From contig CAJFCJ010000026.1 of the NCBI GenBank assembly GCA_904063045.1, positions 801,717-865,716 on the forward strand: DNA of 64,000 nucleotides, in the 5' to 3' direction. Origin of the DNA: Dimorphilus gyrociliatus (Eukaryota > Animalia > Annelida). Position numbers and translations under genes: made by a program. Shown here one piece after another: positions 36,472 to 46,796 of this stretch (positions are counted from its first letter, which is position 1; each line of letters begins with the position of its first letter). The notes beneath the pieces are model-generated. The model did no database searches, was not told the DNA's origin, and saw nothing but the letters and a program-made list of their open reading frames with translations.

Positions 36472-37950
36472 CTGTATATATCAATTCACAGTATATTACA
36501 TTAACGAATGAATATGTCAAAAATTTGAAAATAATCGATTACTTTCTCATGATTCCCAATCTTTACAGTATTTCTCAAAAGACATGTTTGAAATTTGTTG
36601 GTTATTAAGGAATGATAGCAAGGAAGCGGACGTAGAGGTGTTGATAATTTGCTTGAAAGTCCTTACAGTAGATGAGAAAAATAGTTTCCAAGAGCATTCT
36701 TTTCCTGCTTGTTGGTGTAAAAGTGATTAAGCAGCTTAAAAAGCCTATGGAAATGTGTGAGATGTATGTAGAATAAGGAAAGACTTTGTTGGGAAAAGTT
36801 GTTATGGATTATGCAGTTTATTATAAAGAAGTAACGCAAAGATATACAGCCAAATAGAATAAATTTGATTATCTCATAACCGACATTTTCGAAACTTGGC
36901 AATATTTAACAATAATTCAATGGACTATATTGCTTCATAAAGCCCATAACCCAAATATTTTTCCAACGTCTATTATCTATTGAAGAAATGAAAGTATTTC
37001 TTCGTTGATTAGTTACAACAACGTTAATATAATAACAATGAATTGAAATAGGCCGTAAAGTTATTTTTGTAGTATGAAAAAGAATAAGGAGCGTTGTACT
37101 AGAATAACTGTGATGTTTCTGTGGACTGAATTGTAATAAAAGATGGAACTTGACTCTTTCATTCTGATTATAAGAATAGAATAAATTTGCTAGAATGCCA
37201 TCACAATGATTTCCCTCCACATTTCTTCTCAAATGAACAAAGCTTTTTCAATTGGAAGAATTTATGAATTCACGAGTAAAGTGTGTGATTTTGTGATAAT
37301 ACAAACAAAACTCAGTTGACATTTATTATCCGAAGTAGAAAAAATATTCGTGAGGAATGTTGCTGTATAAATAAAAGAATAAAATGGATTGACAAAATTT
37401 TTAATATTTGATAGATTTGGAGAAATCATGACAATTATTTTAAGAAGAAGAAACGATTACATTTGTGAATGATATTCATCAAGTAGTAAATGGACAACCT
37501 CATAAACTCTATGGGGAAACATTTATAACACAAAATAATAGTGTGTTTTGAGAATGAACTCTACCTATTAAACATCTTATAACATAGTCTAGTTTTTTAA
37601 TAATAACTGTTAATGATTATCTTTCCAAAGAAACCTTTGAAAAAAAATGATGGAATTACATTGAGCTACTTAATATTTTCAGGTTAGATTTCTGAAGTAG
37701 TGTTAACAAATATTAACTAAATACCGTGCTGTCTATTGTCTAGAAGTTTAGATCATAAGAAGGGAAGAAAACTGCTGGAATTCCGTTACAATGACTCCTC
37801 TTTTCTCACTAAAATCTGTGACAAATTTCAACTTCTTTACCGATTTATGAAATTAAATTGCCCGTTCCTTAATTAAAGGAGGCATTACAATTGGAACAAT
37901 TTGAAATTTCAATATTATATTTATGTGAAAATTGAAAGCCGTACAGTAGA
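36472..37950 (+). pseudogene. Decayed coding region downstream of the Pao terminal box (same module family)
   Basis: Aligns with 11130-11810, 13980-14140 and 30290-30730. Reads KPMEMCEMYVE*GKTLLGKVVMDY, ETWQYLTIIQWTI and MNKAFSIGRIYEFTSKVCDFVIIQTKL. Confidence 0.6.
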
Positions 37951-38031
37951 ATGTGATCTTAGATATCGCAAAACGAAATCTACTGAACAGAACGTTTATA
38001 CATTATGTGTTAGTATGAGTCAGTGAATGTA

Positions 38032-38365
38032 TGTCAGTATGCTAGCGTCACTTAAAGGGGGAGCTTGACTAAGCCAAAGTCAGGACAGCCCAGTTGACTT
38101 AATGTCACATAACCGGGATAGAGAACGACGTGGCGCGAACGTTGCACCACGAATGAGCACAGTCAAGCACCCAGTTAAGTGACGCTAGCAAAGTATAAAA
38201 GAGAGTGAATGTATCAGAACGTGGTGAGAAAGCTAAGAGTAATTAAAACATAATTTTAGACGGAATTGTCAGCAATTCCGCAATACAAGCGAAAAATAAA
38301 TCTTGTAAATCTACTTTACATTAATTAATCCTCATATATCAATAGAATAAATACTGAATCAGTCA
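38032..38365 (+). repeat. Second LTR-like unit with long hairpin
   Basis: 16-bp perfect inverted repeat 38040-38055/38175-38190; purine tract AAAGGGGGAG 38054-63; TATAAAAG ~38194; AATAAA ~38295 and ~38346; TG...CA ends are possible. Boundaries uncertain. Confidence 0.5.
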
Positions 38366-39648
38366 TCTCTTGTTAATTATGAGGACGAATGATAATACGT
38401 AATTATATTAATTCTTCCTTCACTCTAAAACAATTGGGACATTTTTGCTGAAATGAGCTGACGCATTACTATTTAAATTATTCAAATTTCAATATAGCGT
38501 GACTCTTACGTTAAAAGTGTGTGATCTTGCGATGATTATGAATTAATTGATACTATATCTGTCATCTCTTGATAATTAAAAAGAGGGAGCAGCATACCTA
38601 AATCATATTGATTAAACCTTCACTCCAAAAAAAAATAGAGAGCCTTATAGGTCTTTTCTCTTTTCGACTTGTCTCTGTTCAGTAAATGGTTAGGACATGA
38701 AAAATATTCCTTGGATTCAGAATCGTACTGAACATCTTTGAGTGACCAAACACTAATGAGAGAAAAAATTCTAAGCGTTTACACTAATAAACCAAATTAG
38801 AAAGGAGTAATGAATGATTAGTTTTTGTCGTCAATTTATCAATTGGGATCAAACCACCGAAAACAAATACAATATAATACTCGCCATTTAGATCTTTAGA
38901 TGTGTATTATCCTCCCTTCAATTATATATATATATAATTGTCTTTTATTACAGAAAACTGTACGACCTTATACTTAATCAAACATTAAAGGAGTAGCATT
39001 CAGGGGCAAAAGAGAACAAGAAATGATCCCAAAAGAGCCTATTTGGGGGAAAAAAGTGTTGAAAAGGGGATTTTTCAAATGTTTTGAATTCCAAGCACTC
39101 TGTATGGATCGATTAAGGAAAGGGATGTATATTAATCAGCACTGATCTAACGGTTACTTGATTGCTTTTTCATTGAATTTAATACCTTGGCGTTAGCATT
39201 ATCGACTCGCCTTTGATCTTTGGGCAGAATTCATATCCTGTTTATTCGAAATATATCCGTTATAAAATGTTCTTTTATCTTAGAAACCGAAATTCAATGG
39301 TTTTCTCCGAAGCCTCTGACTTGAATTTTAAACCTTTTAACTTCGCTCTTTTTATCTTTTTAAAAGTATTCTGTTTTGATTTCTTTCTGACATAACGTCA
39401 TTTTTTTAATTCCGCAAAATATTCATTCAAAATGTTCGAATTCTCGAATATGAATTTTCGAACTATCTCTCTATTATTCGATTATGGAACATTCTTTCCA
39501 GATCTGACACTGGCGGTTTCTGTATATTCAAATTAATAAAGAAATTAAATAAAAACATAGACTTTGGCCTTTATACGATTTCGCTGCTTTAGTCGGGTAT
39601 AACTTTTTGCTTAGATATGTTTCTCTGTTCATTTATTTAATGATACAT

Positions 39649-39670
39649 TAACCCTAACCCTAACCCTAAC
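39649..39670. repeat. Interstitial (TAACCC)3 telomere-like repeat
   Basis: TAACCCTAACCCTAACCCTAAC. Confidence 0.8.
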
Positions 39671-40346
39671 AGAGTCTTTGTCCTCTCTTTACTCTCAATT
39701 GGAACATATCCCTTCTTTTATTTTCTTTAAATGTTAAAATGCTATTACAATTTAACAACCAAGCTTTTACTTTAAATTGTTTTGTAACTTGTTCCTCCTT
39801 CCTTCTAGTACTAAATAAAAAGTCAATGAATTGTTATTCGTTAATCGGTTCATTAAAAATGTTCGATGTTTTCGAATATAATACGAAGGTATTAGTCTGA
39901 AAAACATATCCGTTAATTAGAATAATTAGTTATATACATATATATATGTTCAACTAGAAAACTTTCAAGTGTTTGTATAAGGTAAAATGATTGTTTATAA
40001 TTGCCACAACTTACATTCAAATCCATCTCTTAATCTTTGTGCCCTCATCATTTCGGTAACTGAAATTCAATTTAAAATGATAATATGTAATTATTGGATT
40101 GCTGTTATGTTTCGCCTCAGAGTCAACTTAATTCTTATTCCGCGTATTAAAGAAATAAAAATTATTATTCGTAAAGAATTTGTTTCAATTCAAACTTTAA
40201 TGATTCGTTGACAAACTGATTTCATAGAAAATAAATTCGGACTTTTCATTCAATACAATAAGATTTCAATTGTTTATGACTTCAAAAGTTTCATATAAAA
40301 TTTCATATATTGTTTTCGCACAAAAAGACCGATGGTGAAGATTCTA

Positions 40347-40898
40347 CTAGTCTTGAATCATATTTCCTGCCAGTTCCGTTTCAAAAATAAAGGTTCGCAA
40401 TTGTAGAGTCAATAGCTCTTTCTTTAAGCTGTTTATCTCTTTCTGCAGTTCCATCTTGTACACGCGTCGTCTCTCACAAGCTAAGCATCTTCCATTTCTC
40501 TTCGAATGTTGCGAATTTATAGAAAAAAAGTTAGCATTTCCGTAATACGAATTTGTAGCAGTCGGTACACTGTGCGGTAAAAGTCGGCGTTTGTCATTAT
40601 TGTAAAAGTCGGTATCTAGAAAATGTCTTGAGCAAATTATTTTCCTTAGTATGCAACGTGGATTCCTTCGAAATTCCTTTAGCAGAGTTTCGTTTTGCAA
40701 ACTTCTCACCCATGCCTTGCATCTGGAAAGATGAGCGATAAAGGGTAAATTTAACTAAAAACTGCAAAAAAAGGCAAGTAAAATTATACAATACCTCTTG
40801 ATATCCCTTGGGAATGAGTAGAAAGATATGGAATCCTTATTTTCGGGTTCATTTTTGTGCCAAACTTCTTGACAAATACAGCATTTTCGTTTAGACAT
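40347..40898 (-). CDS. THAP zinc-finger protein, 159 aa, 2 exons (40795-40898, 40347-40722)
   Basis: MSKRKCCICQE...FYSFPRDIKRCKAW...ICSRHF...RRLLPHSVPT shows the THAP C2CH, W, F and AVPT-box signature. 72-nt GT-AG phase-2 intron; C-terminal coiled coil. Confidence 0.9.
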
Positions 40899-42197
40899 AA
40901 TTTTAGAGTCAAGTCAAAATTAATTGGTAGCGGATGAAACGTCACAGTGTGAAAGCAACTATATTCGTATTTTTCATATCTGATATAAATAACTTCCTAA
41001 ACATCTAATTTTTTTATTAAGAAAAATGAGCAAATTTTCATTTTTTTTTAAAAAAATACTAAGAATACTTTTGGCAAAAGAAATATTTGAAGAGATTTAG
41101 TTGTATACGTTCGCACATCCAATATTCATAAGATCAATCGAAGTAACACAATAGAAATTAGAAACAATGTAATTAATATAAGGTTATCAAGTTACTCCAA
41201 ATGAAGATGAAGTGACAATATTTTTTAAAAATCATGTTCTTGTATCTTTTAGGGATTAATTTTAGATCTATTCTATTTATCTAACTTTTAAAGAGGTAAA
41301 AGATGCTATTTACTTTCAAAAGGTTATGATACAGTAATAAAGTATTCTATTTAGAATATTTTTAGTCAAGTATTCTAAAATCGAAATATTCAAAATAGGC
41401 CGTTCTTTTCTCACCAATTTGCGGATATCCGGTAACCATTAATTGTCTTTGGACACTTCACACGCATAATTGTCTATTTGTAATGAAGGGAAAATCCAAC
41501 TTTAGCATTGGTATGTGTTACTTTATCGAGAAATTATAAACACGCAAAAGTTTATCTATCTTATGGTTACTTTATATATCATGATTCATTTTCAGATGCC
41601 AGATATCGTTGGATTTCAAAGCACAAGCTCTTATGAATTGTAAGTGTCTGCCGTAAAGAAAACCGCTATGGATTTGGCGAATCTTTCGAAAGAGACAACC
41701 AAAATCATTTCTTGTGTGATGTAATGAATTTTTCATTTACCATTGAGTTGAGCCAAATTCCTGTATTTTGATCGGGAATGCAGCTCCTCACAGTCCCTCC
41801 AATTCTAACGCTTTTTTCGCAAAGTTCCTTCGAACTTCGCAAGCCTCCTGAAAGAAAAAAATTTATATATGATAATGAATGTACAGCTTATTTATTGATC
41901 TAAATTGATAGTTTGTGAACAAGAAATATGCTCCTTTGTATGGATGATCGAACATGTTATGTATCCATGTTGATTTTATAGTAAATAAAGCTATTTGTGA
42001 ATATATTTTTGATAACTAAGACGATAAGGGCGTTTAACAAAATTCCGCGTAACTTGACAATAATCCGTATATTATCTTTTTTGGAGTCAGAGCTAGTCCA
42101 CTACTTAATCTGAAAACTGATAACTTGCATTATTCATACGATCTAGTGTTTGTCATGTGCTAAGTTTTGCTAGAACGAAGGCGAAAAAAGAGGGATG

Positions 42198-42388
42198 CGA
42201 CAGAAAACCTCCACAAATATCTGCTTTTATCCTAACCCAGCCCTTGTCTGTACCTAACCTGTTCTGTCATCCCTAACCCTTAGATGAGACCCTCCTAATT
42301 ACAGATCAGTTGCTGTTTTCGTCCTCCTAACCACTTTTCAATCCAAAATCTAGTCTTGAACTTTCTCATTTGTGGACGTTTTCTGTCG
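42198..42388. mobile_element. 191-bp MITE with 21-bp TIRs
   Basis: CGACAGAAAACCTCCACAAAT / ATTTGTGGACGTTTTCTGTCG match at 20 of 21 positions. Interior has several CCTAAC(C/T) motifs. Confidence 0.75.
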
Positions 42389-43911
42389 ACCGCAAAAGTC
42401 TATTGCCATTTTCTGTAAAGACGAATCATTTTCGCCTAAGTTCACCCTTATTTATCAAGAACGGAGCGTCGAAAACCACGTAACATGAAAATTGACGATT
42501 TTGGAAGCTTGTACCAATTACAACAATGGAGTTTCATTAAAGTATCAAAAGAAAATGCCAAAAACTTTTTAAAAAAATCGCTTAAAATGATATACGTCTT
42601 TATTCATTTGAGGATGTCATAGACGTGAATATAAAAGAGTGCAATTACACATGAAACATTTAACAAAAAACTATTTAAGCTAGCCTTTGAGCCTCGAATT
42701 TCGTTTTCACTTTAAAAATATTAACGGCTTGAAATGACAAGACGAATAACGAACAATAAAATAAAACCTGATGCATTTGATTCGCAGCAATATTCTTTAT
42801 ACTTATCGAATCTAGTCTATGATAAATGATCAATTAAGAAATTTACAATGTCAGAAAAAGTCAAGAGACAAAACTCCAAAAAGGAGATATAAAGTCTAAC
42901 AATTGACTTATTTTCATCATCCATTTAGTTGGTGTAAAGCCATTCAAATGAGAATTTTATGCTAAGACAGAAAATAGTTAATAGTTTTTTAAAGCATTAG
43001 GGAGAAGTTAGATAAATTGTCGTCGAAGACAATTAACTTTTTATCTGGAAAAAGGTTTAATAAAAAATTAATTCGAACGAAACGCGTTTTCAGAGTACCG
43101 GATTATACATACGTTCAACTTTCATTGTAAATATGAAAAGTTAAAGTATTTACTAATTAAAGGAAATTCAAGCAATTCACTATAGCTTTAACTCTTTTTA
43201 AATCAAGACCATTTCATATAGCATAAATATCAAATGAGATAAGTAGAAAAGCTATTCCGCTGATTATTGCACAAAATTGTACCATTAGGATACAGATCGC
43301 ATGATATGCCGCCGTTTTAAGATAAATTTGTAAGTACCATTTTCGCCGCTAAAAATAACAAAAAATTCGCGTTTGATTTACATCCGCGGAAAATATCGAT
43401 AAAATTAACCGTATGATAATTTAAGGAATCCGGTGGATGCATCCAGGATTATCTATAAGATAAAATGAACAACTCACGCAGCGCAAATACCCTGAGAAAT
43501 AAATGTTCAGATAAAGCTTTACCTTGAGGAATAATATTATATTAACCCGACATATGCAAGCGCTCTATGCATACGATATGAGTGGATGTTTATTTTTGGA
43601 TCATTAAATAAGCTATATCTGAAGCATTGAAATTGTAGTTTTGTTATTAATAAAATCATAACTGCACAATTTCAGAAAATGCTTTCAGGAACACCAAAAG
43701 ACGACTATAGAATGTAAAAAACATCCTTATTAGAGTTATACCTTAAGGAATGCAATTGATGGTTTCCGTAGTAACAGTGCGATAATTAAAAGGATACATA
43801 CTGATCAGCCGTTAGATGAAACAGAAAATGAGATATTCAAGAAAATACACGCATCTCATCTGAAAGATAAGAGCTCCTAGTGATGACGACAATTATGAAA
43901 GGCATTTGAGA

Positions 43912-46055
43912 TTAAAGAGGTAGTTTTCGAGACGAAAAACTCTAGACCATACAGGCTGATCAGCTATGGAATCAGACAAAAGAGGGAGTTTTCGAAAAGA
44001 AGCATTCCACACCATTCATCCAGACCAGCCGTAGAATGAGAGAGTAAAGAGGTAGTTTTCGAGATGAAGCATTCCACACCATTCATCCAGACCAGCCGCG
44101 GAATGAGAGAGTAAAGAGGTAGTTTTCGAGATGAAGCATTCCAAACCATTTATCCAGACAAACTGTAGACTGAGAGAGTAAAGAGGTAGTTTTCGAGATG
44201 AAGCATTCCAAACCATTCATCCAGATCAGGTGTAGAGTAGTAAGAGTAAAGCGGCAGTTTTCGAGATGAAGCATTCCACACCATTCATCCAGACCAGCCG
44301 CGGAATGAGAGAGTAAAGAGGTAGTTTTCGAGATGAAGCATTCCAAACCATTCATCCAGATCAGGTGTAGAGTAGTAAGAGTAAAGCGGCAGTTTTCGAG
44401 ATGAAGCATTCCACACCATTCATCCAGATCAGGTGTAGAGTAGTAAGAGTAAAGAGGTAGTTTTCGAGATGAAGCATTCCAAACCATTCATCCAGATCAG
44501 GTGTAGAGTAGTAAGAGTAAAGAGGCAGTTTTCGAGATGAAGCATTCCACACCATTCATCCAGACCAGCCGTAGAATGAGAGAGTAAAGAGGTAGTTTTC
44601 GAGATGAAGCATTCCAAACCATTTATCCAGATCAGGTGTAGAGTAGTAAGAGTAAAGAGGCAGTTTTCGAGATGAAGCATTCCACACCATTCATCCAGAC
44701 CAGCCGTAGAATGAGAGAGTAAAGAGGTAGTTTTCGAGATGAAGCATTCCAAACCATTTATCCAGATCAGGTGTAGAGTAGTAAGAGTAAAGAGGCAGTT
44801 TTCGAGATGAAGCATTCCACACCATTCATCCAGACCAGCCGTAGAATGAGAGAGTAAAGAGGTAGTTTTCGAGATGAAGCATTCCAAACCATTTATCCAG
44901 ACAAACTGTAGACTGAGAGAGTAAAGAGGTAGTTTTCGAGATGAAGCATTCCACACCATTCATCCAGACCAGCCGCGGAATGAGAGAGTAAAGAGGTAGT
45001 TTTCGAGATGAAGCATTCCAAACCATTTATCCAGACAAACTGTAGACTGAGAGAGTAAAGAGGTAGTTTTCGAGATGAAGCATTCCAAACCATTTATCCA
45101 GACAAACTGTAGACTGAGAGAGTAAAGAGGTAGTTTTCGAGATGAAGCATTCCACACCATTCATCCAGACCAGCCGCGGAATGAGAGAGTAAAGAGGTAG
45201 TTTTCGAGATGAAGCATTCCAAACCATTCATCCAGATCAGGTGTAGAGTAGTAAGAGTAAAGAGGCAGTTTTCGAGATGAAGCATTCCACACCATTCATC
45301 CAGACCAGCCGTAGAATGAGAGAGTAAAGAGGTAGTTTTCGAGATGAAGCATTCCAAACCATTTATCCAGATCAGGTGTAGAGTAGTAAGAGTAAAGAGG
45401 CAGTTTTCGAGATGAAGCATTCCACACCATTCATCCAGACCAGCCGCGGAATGAGAGAGTAAAGAGGTAGTTTTCGAGATGAAGCATTCCAAACCATTCA
45501 TCCAGATCAGGTGTAGAGTAGTAAGAGTAAAGAGGCAGTTTTCGAGATGAAGCATTCCAAACCATTCATCCAGATCAGGTGTAGAGTAGTAAGAGTAAAG
45601 AGGCAGTTTTCGAGATGAAGCATTCCACACCATTCATCCAGACCAGCCGCGGAATGAGAGAGTAAAGAGGTAGTTTTCGAGATGAAGCATTCCAAACCAT
45701 TCATCCAGATCAGGTGTAGAGTAGTAAGAGTAAAGAGGCAGTTTTCGAGATGAAGCATTCCAAACCATTTATCCAGACAAACTGTAGACTGAGGGAGTAA
45801 AGAGGCAGTTTTCGAGATGAAGCATTCCACACCATTCATCCAGACCAGCCGTGGAATGAGAGAGTAAAGAGGTAGTTTTCGAGATGAAGCATTCCACAGT
45901 ATTCATGTAGATCAGCTGTAGACTGAGAGAGTAAAGAGGCAGTTTTCGAAATGAAGCATTGTAGAAGATACATGCTGATCAGCTGTGGAATGAGAGTAAA
46001 GAGGTAGTTTTCGAGATGAAGTATTCTATAAGAGTCATTGAGATTAGGGTATGAC
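43912..46055. repeat. Tandem satellite/minisatellite, ~32 units of 67/68 bp
   Basis: Conserved ~49-nt core AGTAAAGAGGTAGTTTTCGAGATGAAGCATTCCA(C/A)ACCATT(C/T)ATCCAGA plus three recurring 18-19 nt tails. Degenerate ~65-bp units at both edges. Confidence 0.98.
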
Positions 46056-46075
46056 TGTTGATCGTTTTACTGAAA

Positions 46076-46682
46076 GCGATCGATTCGAAAGACTAATTAA
46101 AATAGCATTGAAGCTAGTTTTTACCTTCAAACGAAGGATTTTTCAATTTATAATAAATTGGTTCAAGTGTTCTGAAAAATAAGTAAGATAAGTGAAAGTT
46201 TTATTTGTAGAACAGAAGAGCATATTGAAACTTACTTTTGAACTCGTTGAAAATTTCTCGAGGTTATTAATTTTATCTTTCCTTTAAAAGCAAAATATTT
46301 TTAGTATCACAAATAAACGTATTTCACTGTCCCAATTGGATCAGCTTTAGAATTTTGATCGTTTTGCTTAAACCGATCGATTTGAAATATTGTTTAAACT
46401 GTCATAAATTAAATTGTTTTCCTTCAAACGAAGGATTTTTATAATTTATAATAAATTGGTTCAAGTGTTCTGAAAAATAAGAAAGTTAAATGAAGTTTTT
46501 TTTTGTAGAATAAAAGAACACATTGAAACTTACTTTTGAACTCGTTGAAAATTTCTCGAGACATCGAATGTGTCTCTATGGAAAGGTTCATTAATTTTAA
46601 TCTTTCCTTTTAAAACAAATTATTCTTAGCAATGCAAATAAACTCATTTCACTGTCCTAATCGGATAGTGTTAGAATTTAAA
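46076..46682. repeat. Diverged tandem pair of ~300-bp units carrying minus-strand splice signals
   Basis: CCTTCAAACGAAGGATTTTT...GTTCAAGTGTTCTGAAAAATAAG and GAAACTTACTTTTGAACTCGTTGAAAATTTCTCGAG each occur twice. Confidence 0.9.
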
Positions 46683-46742
46683 AGCCTTTTTTGGGGAAAA
46701 GCTAAGAAGCAAAGTGAAACACATGTTCACTGATCGTTTCGT

Positions 46743-46796
46743 CACGTGTCCAAAAAACCGGTATAAATCTGCTATTTCGTCCCGCCAAAATTTGAA
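46743..46796. promoter_or_regulatory. Candidate cell-cycle-type core promoter (E-box, TATA, E2F site next to CHR)
   Basis: CACGTG 46743, TATAAAT 46762, TCCCGCCAAAA 46780-90 directly followed by TTTGAA 46791-96. Target gene not identified. Confidence 0.4.

Noticed and set aside
39649-39670. Chromosome end or fusion site
   Set aside because: Only about 3.5 units, internal, and similar motifs occur inside MITEs.
41572-41847. Possible small spliced gene
   Set aside because: Plausible exons can be drawn on both strands (plus 41596-41639; minus 41741-41847 and 41572-41682) with no recognisable product; cannot be resolved.
44057-44075. CENP-B box or hammerhead ribozyme in the satellite unit
   Set aside because: TTCG is present but the A and CGGG positions are not; there is no CTGANGA...GAAA core with proper stems.
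43964-45839. Repetitive ORFs MVWNASSRKLPLY... as proteins
   Set aside because: Units of 67/68 bp break the frame; open stretches arise only where 67+68 = 135 bp.
43912-46055. CRISPR array (constant repeat plus variable spacer)
   Set aside because: Only three recurring tails rather than unique spacers, no cas genes, and the context is eukaryotic.
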